From Octopus vulgaris (taxonomy: Eukaryota), in assembly GCA_951406725.2 (NCBI GenBank), contig OX597816.1, forward strand, positions 120,342,001 through 120,406,000: DNA of 64,000 bases, in the 5' to 3' direction. Below the pieces are notes generated by a model, which did not search any database, had not been told where the DNA came from, and saw only the letters and a program-made list of their open reading frames with translations. The translations under genes were made by a program, and so were the position numbers. Below, piece after piece: positions 1 through 14,572 of this stretch (position 1 is the stretch's first letter; every line of letters begins with the position of its first letter).

Positions 1-316
1 TGAGCGCGTGGAAATTAAAAGAGAGATTACCGAAGAATTCAAGAGAGGATTACAGATAATATTTTTATCAAGCACGAGTTGTGCGAGTTGTCCAAATGGA
101 ATGTTCTGATGAAGAATTAGAAAAAAAGTCAGTCTCATTTTCTGATAATTAGCAATGATCTTATTTTGATGATATTAACTTTGAAAGATATGGAACTGAC
201 TCACCAAATTAACTATCAGCATTTCTTTCTTGTTATACAAGTATAATTTAAATGAGTTGAGATGATGCCTTCTAGTATCTCAAAATGTAATATACAATTA
301 TTCATAATTGTAGTGT

Positions 317-407
317 CCTACGCTGATGAGAAAAGAAGTTGGGTAAGGTAGAATTATCTAATTCTTATGCTTTCCTAAAACTTGATTTCGAAACGTACGT
401 CCGTAGG
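317..407 (+). ncRNA. Type I hammerhead ribozyme (PLE pLTR/retrozyme type)
   Basis: Stem I CCTACG (317-322) pairs with CGTAGG (402-407). Core CTGATGA is at 323-329 and GAAA at 390-393. A long imperfect stem II (330-389) contains the hairpin AGAATTA-TC-TAATTCT. Stem III is the palindrome ACGTACGT, and the GTC cleavage triplet is at 399-401. Confidence 0.85.
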
Positions 408-597
408 TGACTTAAAATTGTATGATAGATTGCCGTCATTTCATTCTCTCTTACCTGTCTGTGTTTGCTTTTCAAGTGCTGTGTTTTTACTGAGATCTCC
501 CTTTTAGTAGAAAGAATAGCTATAACTCTTTGACTGCTATTTCTAAATTCGGTGTGTGGTGAGGCAATTCGTTGCTAAACCCTTAATTGCTTAGTAT

Positions 598-1399
<802 letters not shown>

Positions 1400-1494
1400 G
1401 TAATACAGATATTTAGTTGTCATGGGAGGGTCATCTCGCCAATAATAATAACACACGCTCTGCTTCAATTCCACTTCTTTATTATAAATAATTT

Positions 1495-1862
1495 GTTTAA
1501 ATATCTAAGCAGCTAACTAATCAATCATTTGCTGAATATGTTGGTTAAACATTCAATCGGTTATTTTATTTTTTTGTTTTTTTTTTACTCAATTTCTTTC
1601 GCTGCTGTTCGCAAACTTTTCAGTTACTCGTGACTCCCTACTTGCTCCAAAGTCTGCTTTCGTCTCAAAAGTAGACCTTAGCAGACCTTGTTGCGAGTAG
1701 GAAGTCACTTGTCCCAGTAAAGATTACGAACTGCAATGAAAGAACCTTGACAGACAAGGTTGCGAACAATAACGAAAGAACTTTGGCAAACAATCAATTG
1801 ATTGTTTAACTAATGCGTTAAAGAAACGATCGATTTGTTAGTTGGGTAGCTATTTAACAAGT
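1495..1862. mobile_element. Degenerate foldback/MITE-like element
   Basis: About 1495-1562 is an imperfect inverted repeat of about 1793-1862. An inner pair, TGTTCGCAA (~1606) and TTGCGAACA (~1760), also matches. Confidence 0.5.
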
Positions 1863-2490
1863 TGACTAATAATTAGTTATTAATTACAAATAGATCAGGT
1901 TTGCCTGGAAAATGTATTTCAGTCTTTTAAATATAGAATAACTGGAGTCCATAAATCTTTCGTCTATCGCGAGATCACTTGAAATCATGGGTTTAATTCC
2001 CGACTTTTATTTACATTATACAACGTGAGGCCAGATATCTTACGATTTTTTTGTTTCTGATCTTTGCGTCCCGAGTTCTAATTTCACCATAGCCTACATG
2101 AGTGGCAGACTTAACCTGTTGCCCGGTTTAACATCCTCAGCAGGCCGCTTGGGCATTTTGAGTGGAGTCCAACCTGTTACTAGCTTTCGGGCTAGATTTC
2201 CGATTTGAGCATAGCTTTCTCTCACCATTCTTGCATACCCTGTAACGGGTCATGTACACTGCTTTCCTTCTTCAGTAAAAGATAAACAATATATAGCTGC
2301 CATTGAGAGTGTGATCTGTTACTGAAAGCATGAAGTGTTACAACCGTTCAATTCTTAATCCTAACATGAATAACTATTATGATTTTAAAAATCATAATAG
2401 TTATCCATACTCGGTTTGGGAATTATATTTTACTTTTTATAGTAGTATATCAGTGTAAGTCACAACTTTAAACTAATTGATATTCTCATA

Positions 2491-2703
2491 GAAACTGTGC
2501 AATCCATTAAATCTTCTCGCTAAAAAAAAAGAAACAAAACAAATTCTGATATTTCCACTTCCCCTTCGGTTCCTTAATTCTACGAAATTATTTGCTTCTC
2601 AAAGAAACTCTGCAATCCTGTAAATCTTCTCACTAAAAAGAAAAAAAAATCTGATGTTTCCACTTCCTCTTCGGTTCCTTAATTCTACGAAATTATTTGC
2701 TTC
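2491..2703 (+). repeat. Tandem duplication of a ~110 bp unit
   Basis: AAACT.TGCAATCC...TTCGGTTCCTTAATTCTACGAAATTATTTGCTTC occurs at ~2491-2598 and again at ~2605-2703. Confidence 0.85.
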
Positions 2704-3234
2704 CGGTAGAGCAGACGAGAGAAGTAGTATGTATATCTATTTTTAGATTGCATTTCCTCCTCCCCACATTCCTTAGCAAGTAAGTGTCTCGGCGAATGTA
2801 ATAATAAAGTGAACTAAAATAGATACCACCTTATCAGTAACGATAACGTATTGCTAAGGGGTGCCAAAGGTAAAGTGTGAGTTTGGATTTTAGTTGAACA
2901 AGATGCAGATAATGTAGATAAGTTCATGACACTGTGACCTTAAAAACAAATTGCACTAAATGAACTTTCGAAAGAACTTTGTATACAGTTTAAATAACTA
3001 AGACTTGCGAGTGCTGGCGCATCATAATTTCATACCTTAACCTTTATTTGTCCAGAAGTACTTCGACGTGACACTGATTCAGTGATATCCCAGCAAATTA
3101 GATGTTTCGCAGTATTGCACTTTAACAAGCAGCAATTAAAGTCATGATAGAATTTATCTAGTCTTTCATTCTTCTAGCAATTATTCTAAGTCCATATCGT
3201 ACGTATCAATGATTATTATTAATAGTTTTCTGAA

Positions 3235-3450
3235 GGCGGTAGAAACGTTAGCACGCCGGGCAAAATGCTTAGCAGCATTTCTTATATCTTTACGTTCCGA
3301 GTTCAAATTCCGCTGAGTTCGACTTTTCCTTTCATTCTTTCGAGGTCGATAAAGTAAGTGTCAGTTTAGCCCTAGGGTCATTGTAATCGACTAGCTCCTC
3401 CTCCAAATTTCAGGCTTTGTGCCTATTACAGTAAGGATTATTATTACTAT
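3235..3450 (+). mobile_element. tRNA-derived SINE, family 1
   Basis: B-box-like GAGTTCAAATTCC, a conserved core CCTTTCAT.CTTTCG.GGTCGATAAA and an (ATT)n tail; many copies occur in the window. Confidence 0.8.
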
Positions 3451-3679
3451 TTTTTGCCTGTATCAAAGCTTTTTGTTGCTTATTTATATCTCGAATCATT
3501 CAAACAACGAAAGATTGAGAAATTTGTTCGCTAGACTAGAAAAAGTTTTGAAAGACTGACAAAATAAGCACAATTCGTGGAAAATTTCTGCGAATACTTA
3601 TGTTGTGGGTCCAAGTATTATTGATATATATGCATAAGAGTAGAAAGTTCCTAGATAGAGAACGATATAAATAGCAATT

Positions 3680-3732
3680 TCATAGCATCTAGTGGCTTCA
3701 TAGCATCTAGTGGCCTCATAGCATCTAGTGGC
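3680..3732 (+). repeat. 3 x 18 bp tandem repeat
   Basis: TCATAGCATCTAGTGGCY at 3680, 3698 and 3716. Confidence 0.9.
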
Positions 3733-5014
3733 AGTAGAACTCTATGTAGCTTAATTTTATATCATTACTTTTACGCTCTTAATTGATCTTAAAGTAGATA
3801 TTTCTCTCTCAACGACTACCGTAACACTCATCTTCAAAATTTTCATGTAATGATTCTCAGTGAAAGATGGCGTCTTTTTTAATTGCTTCTTGTGTCCTGG
3901 ATATTGCAGAGTATAATGTATATGTTCCAAATCTAAACCTTCTAAATCATAGTATGCAACATACATAACATTTTAACTAAAATGAAATTAAAAATTATAT
4001 ATGTATGTTTTGGGATCTCAAATTTATCAAGTAATTTTTCCTATAAATTTACATTAAAAAGGCATTAACAATTAGACTCTAGTTATTTAGTTTTCGATAA
4101 TTTCGAGTTTTAACTGCACCAATACGTCAAAATGTCTTTTGCTAAATTTTTGTGGCGATCAATTTCAAATGATATCAGTTATTGCTTGATGTTTTTCAGC
4201 TGTATTTGTTATTAAACCAAAGTTAATTGCCCCCAAAACATTAGTGTTAGGTGTAGCTAATGATTTTAAATCGGTAAATTCACGAGTCATTGGTGAAGAA
4301 AAGATAAGTCTGTCTAAACAGACTAATTGCAATAAATAAGTAAATAAAAAATATGAAGAATACAAAAATAATAATCTCACCAAATGTAAAGAAAACCGGA
4401 AATTAGTTTTTTGTGTTAGCAATACATTATAAGAATAATTACTATTACTAACATTAGATTTTTTAAATCACACAGATTGGACCTCTCGGACAAAACAAAA
4501 AAGACAGCGCAGCTGCGCAAACAAGAATAGCTAGAAGCAGTGATATATAAGCGTAGGTAGGAGATAGAGAAAGAAAAGAATTCCCAAGAATATTCCATAA
4601 TGTTTTATCTCTTAAATTTATACATATTTTATATCTTTCAATTTTTTCTATTGCAGATGTATAAATCACCAATTTTCCTCAATAAGAAGTAACTGTATCT
4701 TGATCAATGAGTTTCGTATTCGTAGATTCAATTTTGTTTCAACCAGAATCATACATACACCCATTATCAAATACATAGACACCCGCATATATGCACAGAC
4801 ACCTCCATATATGTACATATGAACTAACACATTAACAGAATGGTAATGTTTATAGCAGACCCAACCACATAACAGTTACGACGAACTCAAGAAATTAGGA
4901 AATAAACAGTAAATGTGAACACTTGGACGGTGCCCCAGCTATAAAGGCGGGTCCTGGCGTGGTCGCAGTTCAATGACTGATATAGGGAAAAGGCTAAAGA
5001 AGTAAAAGCATATG

Positions 5015-6254
5015 TACGATGGGCGCTGAAAAGTTTCTTGGGTAAAAGAAAATACAGGGAGATCAGTTAATTATGATTGTATTCAATACATTCCCCTTTC
5101 AGATTCACACACTTATTATAGCAGTCCTTCAGGTTTTCTAAACCCTGTTAAAAGAAATCGGAAGATTGGTTTTTCAACCAGGCCTCCGTAGCAACGGTCA
5201 CTTCCGAATTGGAGTGAAATTTCGTTCTCTTGAGATGTTTCTTCAGTTGTGGAAAAAGGTGATAGTCGGAGGGGGGCAAGTGAGGAGAGCAAGGTAGGTG
5301 GTCTACCAATTCGAAGCCAAAGTCGCGTATTTACGTAGATTTTTATGTGCTGTGTGCACTGGTGCATTGTCCTGCAAAAACAGGGCACCACGGCTAAGTT
5401 TTCCACGGTGTTTCTGCTTCAATGCTTCTCGCAGTCTGTCCAACAGGGAAATATAGCATTCTGCGTTGATGGTGCGACCCTTTGGCAGGTATTTTATAAG
5501 AAATACTTCATCTTTGTCCCAGAACATTGAAGCTAGGATCTTTCCAGCTGACTTCTAGGCTCGAAGCGTCTTGGGACGCTGTGACGCCACTCCATTGATT
5601 GTTGTTTGGTCTAGAGATCATAATGATGAAGCCAAGTTTCATCCATGGTGACTAAACGAGCCATAAAATCAGCCTCACCTGCTGCAAACCGATCCAAAAT
5701 TGCCTTTGATGTCGTCACTCTGATGCGCTTCTTATCTGCGTTCAGACATTTTGGCAGCCATTTAGCGGAAAGTTTTCTCATGTCCTGAATGTTATGAATG
5801 ATGAGGTCAGCTCTTTCACGGGAAATCCCTAGAGGCTCAGCTTTGACTTTAGCTGAAATCCAGCAGTCCTTGAGAATCATGACTTGCACAGCGTCGGTTT
5901 TGTCTTCTGTGGTCACGGAAGTTGGCCATCCTAACCGGGGTTCAAATGACAAGTCCGAAACCTTGATACCCGTATTTTTACTGTGGAGGAAAATGGGCAG
6001 CCTTCCTTCAAGAATTCCTTCATCTATCCATGGGTTTTCGACGCTTCTTTGCCTTGCAAAAAGAGGAACTTCATGGCCGCCCAAAATCTGCTGTAGGAAC
6101 TGCTATCATGCGTTAAATATGCAAAAAAGAAAAAAGAGAAAGATATATTGTATAACATCATGATATTTTGCATATCTTCTCCTAAATAGTTGTTCTATCT
6201 CCCTTGTAAAGGTAACAGCTCTACCTTTCGCGAACTTTTCGGCATCCTCTCGTA
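5015..6254 (-). mobile_element. Mariner transposon, degenerate full-length copy
   Basis: Imperfect TIRs TACGATGGGCGCTGAAAAGTT and AACTTTTCGGCATCCTCTCGTA with TA ends. Transposase fragments include RKLSAKWLPK, VTMDETWLHHYD and LQDNAPVHT (ORFs 5611-6084 and 5303-5527); the frame is shifted. Confidence 0.9.
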
Positions 6255-6589
6255 TGTTGCTTTGGCCAAGCATATATTTGAAGCAAGAAACCATTAAAGG
6301 CATTGCATGCATATACTACGCATATTGAAATACATCTTTTCTCTGTTGTATTTCACTTTACTTCCCTACACTACACCACATCTAAAGCGAAACATGGTTG
6401 CTCGATTAGCTTGAAATAGTGACCGTACATATTACTGAAGTCACACCGCCGCTCAGTCTTAAAAGGAGGACACATTGCATGAGGTATTACGTGGGACACC
6501 GTCCCAAAATAAAAGTGAAATCGTAGTTTGTTTAATCAGGGCTTGGAAGGAAACGACAAAAACAGCAACATTACACAAATATATTTCAT

Positions 6590-6591
6590 AC

Positions 6592-6636
<45 letters not shown>

Positions 6637-6718
6637 ATAATAATAATAATAATAATCATATAACAACAACAACAGCAGCAGCAGCAGCAGCAACAACAAC
6701 AACAACAACAACAATAAT
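6590..6718. repeat. Compound (CTA)(ATA)(CAA)(CAG) microsatellite
   Basis: Read directly from the sequence. Confidence 0.95.
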
Positions 6719-6769
6719 CATTCAAATAGTAATAGATAGATAAATAATAAAATGAAATAATATATACAG

Positions 6770-9490
6770 CAGTCTCTGTGGGCGCAAAAGAAAGTGTATA
6801 CTCCCTCAGACCCACCCAAGGAGGTTTATCAAATACTAGTCAACTGATGTTGAAAACAAATATCGAGAAAAGATAGAAAATAAAAGAAATGATCTGTCAT
6901 TCCTTAACGAAATTAGTAACCAAACAACATTGCTAAACAACAAGAAATAAAAGAAAAATACTACAGAAATATAAAATAACAAAACAAGATGTTCCTGAGA
7001 CGAAAATACACCTAAAGCAAAATATCCTCACTAAAGCGCAAAGAATTAGCCGCTATCAAAAACGCCAACGATTCTTTGAAGAAAACAAATAATTTAACTC
7101 CAATCTCAAATAAATCTACCAAGAACACGGAAAAAAATAGAGATGAATGCAGTAGATGTAGAAGAATTTTGGGAAGAAGTATGAGCGGCAAGGGAATTAC
7201 TACAGAAAAGATTCATTGAAATTAAAAACACAGAACCTGAACAACTTTGGACACTCATAACAAAAGAAGAGGTAACCCGGGTATTGCAAACGCCAAACAA
7301 TTGGAAGGCACCAGGACACGACAGGGTTCCCAACTTCGGTTAAAATATTTAGCAGGGACTCATAAAATGCTGGCAGAGAAGCTCATTGAGATGCAGACGG
7401 AGTCAGAGACACCATCTGAATGGCTCACAGTAGGAAAAACCTTCTTAATTATCGAATCAACCAAAATTACGAACACACAAAATTACAGACCCATGACATG
7501 TCTTCCTACAACTTAGAAAGTTTTAACTGCAATAATATTGTAGAGAATGGGTAAACATCCAGAAAACAGCCTATTCCCAGAAGAGCAGAAGGGATACCGT
7601 TAAAATTTATATGTCTATAAAGATCAGTTGTGATAAAGAAAGCCAAAACTGAAGACAGATGAAAAGAAAGAAGGGCTTGAATCAACCACCAGAATGCTTA
7701 TGACAGTATCCTCTACCCCCATAAGGACTCAAGTAACATTATCCATGAGCAACGTAACACCAACTATAATAGAGTACATAAAATATGTGATGAGTAAATG
7801 GCAACGAGTTCTGCAGCTACAGACAAAAGAGAGAATTAGAAAACTAAAGCATCCTCATTAGAAGAGAAATATTCATGGAGGTTTGCTCTCTGCACTCCTT
7901 TTCTGCTTGCCACTGATACCTTTAACCTACATGCTAAATAAAACTGGATGTAGATACACCAGCTATGGTAAAAACTGTCAGCCATCTCTTGTAGATGGAT
8001 GATCTTAAGCTGTATGCTGCAAATGACAAACAACTAGAAACATTACCACAGACTGCATAGATTTACTGAAGAAATAAACATGAAATTCGGCCTAGGAAAT
8101 TCTGCTAAAGCAACCTTGAGAAGAGAAAAACTAATTAAGAGTAATAATATCATATTAGATAAGGAAAATAAAATAAGAGAACCAGATCAAACCCAGACCG
8201 ACAAATACTTAGGAATAAATGATACGGTACAACATACACGTTGAAAGAAAAGGTAAAGAAGTAATATTACAGAGGAATTAGATTAATACTTAAAACAGAG
8301 CTCAATGCGAGAAATGAGATTATAGGCATCAATACTCGTGCTGAACCAGATATTAGCTACAGTTACAATATTCTTAACTAGACAATAAATGAACTAATCA
8401 AACTAGACAGGAAACCTGGGATTTAGAATACACCACCAAAAATCTGACAAAGAAAGGTTATGTATGCAGCGAATTGAACGTGGTAGAGGCCTTATACAAC
8501 TACTACTGTAAAATATCCACCATAGGACTACAGAAATATCCACATGAGAATCAAGGAAAACTGATGCAAAAAGCTACAAAGCATGAACAAAAAAAAATCT
8601 GCCATCAAGGAAGCCGAAAACTAGAAGGAAGAGGTTATAATACCAGACAACTGTGAAGAAAAAGAAGCAACATCGAAAGCTGTAAAGCAACTAAAATCTA
8701 AGCTTAAACCAGAACTAAAAAATACCATGATAAAACGATGGTAAGAAAAGGCTTCACGTAACAAATACTGGGATAAGCTAAACATAATAGAAATCGACAA
8801 AATAAAATATTGATGTTTGTTGAGAAGTTCGGGTCTCGAAGCAGAGACCGAAGAATTCTTAATTGTGATACAAGATTAAAGACTCCCTCACCAGAAATCA
8901 CCAGAAGCATCTAATGACGCAAAGTGCAATAAGTAACTGCAGAATATGTGGTAGTGAGGAAGAAACAATAAATCATACTGTCTCTAGTTGCCCAGTTATG
9001 GTCAAAAAGGAATACATCCACAAACATGATAGAGTTGGGACTTATATACAGTGGGCGCTGTGCCGGCACTACGGATTGACAACAGAAAAAGATGCTATAG
9101 GCATACCCCAGCAAAGTATGACGAAGCAGCCATACTTTGGGGTATAACAATACATAGATGCAGAGAGAGCAAGGCTAATAGGTGGACCTAATCGACATGT
9201 CGGTCCCAACAGATGACAATGTATCTCTAAAAGACAGAGAAGCTCTCGAAATACAAAGATCTAGGAATATAGATGAACCTACTGTGGGGTTTGAAGACAG
9301 AAATAATCCCTATAAAAATAGATGCATTAAGTATGGTTCAAAAGCATACAGACCAAAACATTAGGACACATCCGACGTAGGCACTTTCAATACAGCAAAA
9401 ATAACAACACTAAAACCACTGCACATACCAAAGGCACACAAAACTGCGCTCGATAGTGCAGTTGAAGCGCGCAATAGAATATAACAACTG
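6770..9490 (+). mobile_element. Old R4/Dong-clade non-LTR retrotransposon (pseudogenised RT plus RLE)
   Basis: Contains NYRPMTCLPT, an MDDLKLY motif near 7995, the CCHC knuckle CRICGSEEETINHTVSSC..KHD and DLIDMSVP. It has many stops and ends in (GAT)n. Confidence 0.85.
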
Positions 9491-9491
9491 A

Positions 9492-9538
<47 letters not shown>

Positions 9539-9539
9539 A

Positions 9540-10811
9540 ATGTGGAATCAAATACCACGACATGCCGGAAAAGACAAAAAGAGAGTACCCGCGGCGAGTG
9601 AGAAAAATATTGGCTTCAAAGCTGAATGCCAGAAACATAATTTCGGCAGTCGCAGTAGTTCGGTATGGCGCTGGAATTCTGAAGTGGACAGAAGAGGAGC
9701 TAAAGGAGATGACAGGAAGTCAAGAAAGTTCCTAACGATGTACGGAGCCCATCATCCATATGCAGACAGTGATCGCCTATATACGGAAAGCAAATGGAGG
9801 AAGGGGACTGATAAGTGTGGAAGACTACGTGCGTATCGAACTCGAGAGCTTAATGAGATACCTAGCCCAAAGTAAAGAAATCTTGCCAGTGATAGTCAGG
9901 AAGGAGAGAATATTGAGAACAGAGAAAAAAGGGAAAGCAAAGGAAGAAGTACAAAAAAGACATGAAGAAGAATTATGCAAGAAGGGACTACACAATCAAT
10001 TCCATGTAGCCACAACAGAACTTGCTGGAAAAAATAGATGGGATTGGCTGATGAAAGAAACAACCCTAAAGAAAGAGCTCGAGAGCACTATATTAGCAGC
10101 ACAGGACCAAGCTCTGGCCACAAACTAGAGAGTCAACTTGAGGAATGAGCAAGTGTCTCCCTTGTGCTGCATCTGTAATTGAGTGGATGAAACCATTGTC
10201 CATATCACGAACGAATACTCTAGACTTGTCCCAAACCACTACAAATTGTAGCGAAACGACCAGGTAGCGAAAGTCCTTCATTGGAGACTGTGTGAAAAGT
10301 GGTGGCTAGAGAGAGGCAAGACGTGGTATGAGCATAGACCGCAGAAAGTGGTAGAGTCGGAGACTAGCAAAACCTTCCGGAATTTCTCAGTCCAAACAGA
10401 TCAGGTACTAGAGAGTAACAGGCCGGACCTAGCGGTGGTGGAAAACGTGCACCACATATGCACCGTATAGTTGACGTTGCATGCCCCTTTGACCCACGAA
10501 TAGTTTAGAAGAAAGGCGAAAAGATAGATACAACCCTCTTAAGTACGAAATAGTCCGGCTATGGGAACTTAAGAGATGAAGAAAGTGACAATTAATGTTG
10601 GGTTCTTAGGAACAGTATCAGAAGGTATCCAGAAGAATATAAAGAAAATTGGAATAGAGAGCCCAATAGAACTGTTACGAAAGGTTTGCCTCCTTGGTAC
10701 GGCTAGAATAATCAGGGAATTATTAGATAGCTGAAAAGAACGAATAGCATGGTACCGTAGACTGCAGGTACTAAACCCGCTACGCATGCAAGACTCCAGA
10801 AGCTTCAACAA
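9540..10811 (+). mobile_element. 5'-truncated R4/Dong element (second family)
   Basis: Contains RKANGGRGLISVED, ELESTILAAQDQAL and an NRPDL RLE motif; the 3' end runs into (TAA)n at 10812. Confidence 0.85.
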
Positions 10812-10928
<117 letters not shown>

Positions 10929-11817
10929 TGAAAATTGTTTAATGAAAGAAACATTTAAAGAAGAAATGAACACAAATACAGAAACAGCATGGGAGGAGAA
11001 AAATATATGGTCAGTTTGCAAGAGATGCGAAAGCCAAGGCAGACAGAGAAGACCGGTGGCTATGGATAAGGAGGAGTGACCTGAAGATAGAGACAGAAGC
11101 ATACATATGCCTAGCTCAAGAACAAGCGTTAAGGACCAACTATATGAAGTGCAGATCAGACAACACTACCGACAGCGGCAAATGTAGAATGTGTGGTGAG
11201 AGGGGTCCAACGGTATGGCACATCGTAGCAAATACCCGAATTTGGAACAACGCGAATACAAAAGACGAGATGACAATGTAGCAAGAATGATCCGTTGGGA
11301 GCTCTGTGGAAATCACGGTCTGCAAAGAGTAAAGACATGATATGAGCAAACCCCAGGAGTCTCCGAGAATAAGAATTGCAAAATCCTGTGGGATGCAATG
11401 ATTCAGTATGATCACCTGACCAGACATCGGAAACCGGACATAAAGAAAGAACATGCATGATAATCGACATAGCATGCCCTGATGACAACAGGATCAATGA
11501 GAAAGAAGGAAAAATAAGCAACTATGACGATTTGAAGTGGGAAATACGAAGGTTGTGGTCAATGAGGAAAGTAGACGTGATGCCAATAGTAATTGGCGCA
11601 CTTGGAAGTATCAGCACGCAACTACCAGCATGGATGCAAAAGATTGGTGCAAATGTGAAGGTAGAGCACCTACATAAATCAGCATTGCTTGGAACTGCAG
11701 GAAATCTTTGCAGGGTTCTTGAAGCACGACAAGTAAACAAGTGTCACCTTAGTCTGCTGGATGTGGAGAGCTGACACTTTCCATCATACTCAGCAAAATA
11801 AGCTGAGTTTTCATCAA
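10929..11817 (+). mobile_element. 5'-truncated R4/Dong element (third family)
   Basis: Contains a CRMCGE knuckle and the RLE C-terminus IIDIACPDD...YDDLKWEIRRLW..VMPIVIGALGS; it ends in a TAA/TGA array. Confidence 0.85.
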
Positions 11818-11868
11818 ATAATAATGATAATGATGATGATGATGAGGATGATAGTAATAGTAGTAGTA

Positions 11869-11922
<54 letters not shown>

Positions 11923-12659
11923 GCAATAATAATATTTTTTCTTTTTCTTTTTCTTTTCTCTGTTTGGACATACAATCGATCATCTTTAGAAAATTTCCTT
12001 TTCTTTTTTTCCTTTCTCCTTGAATATTCAAAAACGTAAACATCCTTTTTAATACAAGAACAGTACAGTTTTCTTTGGTCGATCATCTTTAGAAAAATTT
12101 AAAAACTTTAATATTTACAACTTTCTGTGAAACTTTTACCTTTCTTTTCTCCCTGACTACTTGAATATGTAAACACTCCTTTTATTGCAACAACAGATTA
12201 AACGCATGATAAAAATTAAGGAGATAAACATCTGCCAATATATACAAATTGCACAATTACGAAAACTGTAAACTACAGCAAAACCTATAAAAAGCAAAGG
12301 AAAATTCAAAAATCCAAAAATTCAACGATGTAAATATCAGTATATATATATATATATTATTTTTTTCAATCAGTAATAAAAAAAAACAGAACAAAATGAA
12401 TTGGTTCTTTCCAAGGCCAAGGTAAGCGCTCTCATTGATCGCTTGTAGTATTAAACACATTTGACCTCTGCTGACCGCAAGGGTTTGACGTTCCTTTTGC
12501 CTCTTGATCGCACAGGAATGCAAAGCCCCATTGTTGATCTCCTTCTCACCATCGACCGAACCTATTTACAGACCCGTGGAATTTGGCGTATTCACCAAGC
12601 TGCTTCTCTTTCTCCTACTATCCCCTCCAACCCTCACATATTTATGATTATCTTAGGTA

Positions 12660-13105
12660 CAAGACAAATGTCGGAGCTAAACAACATTTAATAATTCCAC
12701 ACAGTAGAAGCAAAGATGGTATTTCAAGACAGTTGCAATACTAGTGATTGTAGAAGCATTTGGAATGATCAAAAAAGGATCGAAAATTATTTAAGAATGA
12801 TCCCTGCATTACCGTCCACGGAGGAAGTGAAAAAGGTTGTCTTAACTGGTACCTCACACATACTGTAAAGAGTATTGTTGCTGTGAATTTTCTTTCTTTT
12901 CTGCCCTTTATTTTCTTTGTTTACTTTTATATTGTTTATTTTCCCATTTTCTCTCTGTCTTTCTTCCCCTTTTCTATCACATAACTTTGTAAATAAACAA
13001 TGTGGTGTGTTTATTTTAATGGCCTACAAATGTATACAGTGCGTTTCTCTGCCCTAGGTGTCAGGAATACACTCGGCAAGAAAAGGAAACAGAATTGAAA
13101 GATGA
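12660..13105 (+). mobile_element. Degenerate 3' end of R4 family A
   Basis: Matches 45722-46145 (GTCTTAACTGGTAC...GCCCTAGG.GTC.GGAA.ACACTCGGCAAGAAA) and is followed by (TAA)n at 13105-13300. Confidence 0.75.
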
Positions 13106-13112
13106 TAATGAA

Positions 13113-13193
<81 letters not shown>

Positions 13194-13204
13194 TAATAAT
13201 AATA

Positions 13205-13261
<57 letters not shown>

Positions 13262-13631
13262 GTAATAATAATAATAGTAATAATAATAATAATAATAATA
13301 ATTATTATTATTATTGTAAAGAAAGGATCGTAAAGAAAGAGGAAGAAAAACAAAAAGATACTTCCTCTTAAAGTTTGAGATAGGAAGAAGTTAGAGCATG
13401 AGAACAGTAAAGGTCGTGTCTTTATAAAATAAAGTAACAGCAAAATACCAAGCTCAATACAAGTAACTAAACTCTTAGCCAAATTTTCGTCCTCGGGGCT
13501 ATGCTAGAAGTCAATATTAATTCCAGTATCACTCAAAAACATCTTCACAACTTCAATAGCGGATTTTGTGACAAAACTTAACCCTAAAATATCTGAAAAA
13601 GAACCTTGTTTTGTCGTATTCTGCAATATCT

Positions 13632-13634
<3 letters not shown>

Positions 13635-13722
<88 letters not shown>
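13635..13722. repeat. (CA)n microsatellite
   Basis: Read directly from the sequence. Confidence 0.95.
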
Positions 13723-13728
<6 letters not shown>

Positions 13729-14010
13729 GTAGATGCCTTTCATGAATAATATCGAATGCTTTGTTCAAAATTAAAGAATTCATTATTACTCACGTTTTTA
13801 GATTATTCTTTCGGTAAGAATGGATTAAATAAAAAAAGAGCACTGGAAAAAAAATAGAGCAGTCCTTTAAGATAGCCTGTTAGCACTAGTACAAATTTAT
13901 TTATAAATATCTGTCACATTGCTTATCTCTTAAGGCAACCTTTTGTCAAACAGAACTACCAACGGTACCTGTCCATCACTGTTTCAATATGTGAATGTCA
14001 TTGTAATATA

Positions 14011-14228
14011 ATCCTTTTTACTAAAGGTTCAGGGCCTGAAATTTTTGGGGAGGGAACTAGTCAATTACATCGACCCCAGTGTTTCACTGATACTTAAATT
14101 TATTGAGTCGAAATGATGAACGGTAAAGTCGACTTCGGCGGAATTTGAACTTAGAACGTACAGTCGGGAAAAAATGCTGCTAAGCATTTTTCCGGCGCAG
14201 TAACGAGTCTGCCAGCTCGCTGACTTAA
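14011..14228 (-). mobile_element. SINE family 1
   Basis: Reverse-complement match to 3235-3450. Confidence 0.8.
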
Positions 14229-14349
14229 TGCCATTGTAATATAATTATTTTTCATAATTATCAAAGTATTTTGAATATAAAATTTATTTTAAATCGCGTT
14301 TAAGTTCTAAATTGAATTTATGTTAATTAACATGTACGTGGAATGACTT

Positions 14350-14572
14350 TTTTCTACTATAGGCAAAAGGCATGAACATTCAGAGGAGAGAAAAGTCGAT
14401 TATATGGGCCCCAGTGCTCAGCAGGTATTTATTTCATCGACTAAAAAAGGATGAGAGGGAAAGTTCTCCTCGTAGGAATTTGAATAATTTGAACTCAGAA
14501 CGTAAAACCGGAAGAAATGCTGTTAAGCATTTTGTTTGGAAAGCTAACGATTCTTCTAGCTCATCGCCTTTT
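14350..14572 (-). mobile_element. SINE family 1
   Basis: Diverged reverse-complement match to 3235-3450. Confidence 0.7.

Noticed and set aside
2371-2403. Perfect AT-rich palindrome TAACTATTATGATTTT-A-AAAATCATAATAGTTA
   Set aside because: It is probably a local inverted micro-duplication, with no context suggesting function.
3680-3732. CRISPR-like repeat (also the ~21 bp units at 42465-42525)
   Set aside because: These are head-to-tail tandem repeats with no spacers, in a eukaryotic context with no cas genes.
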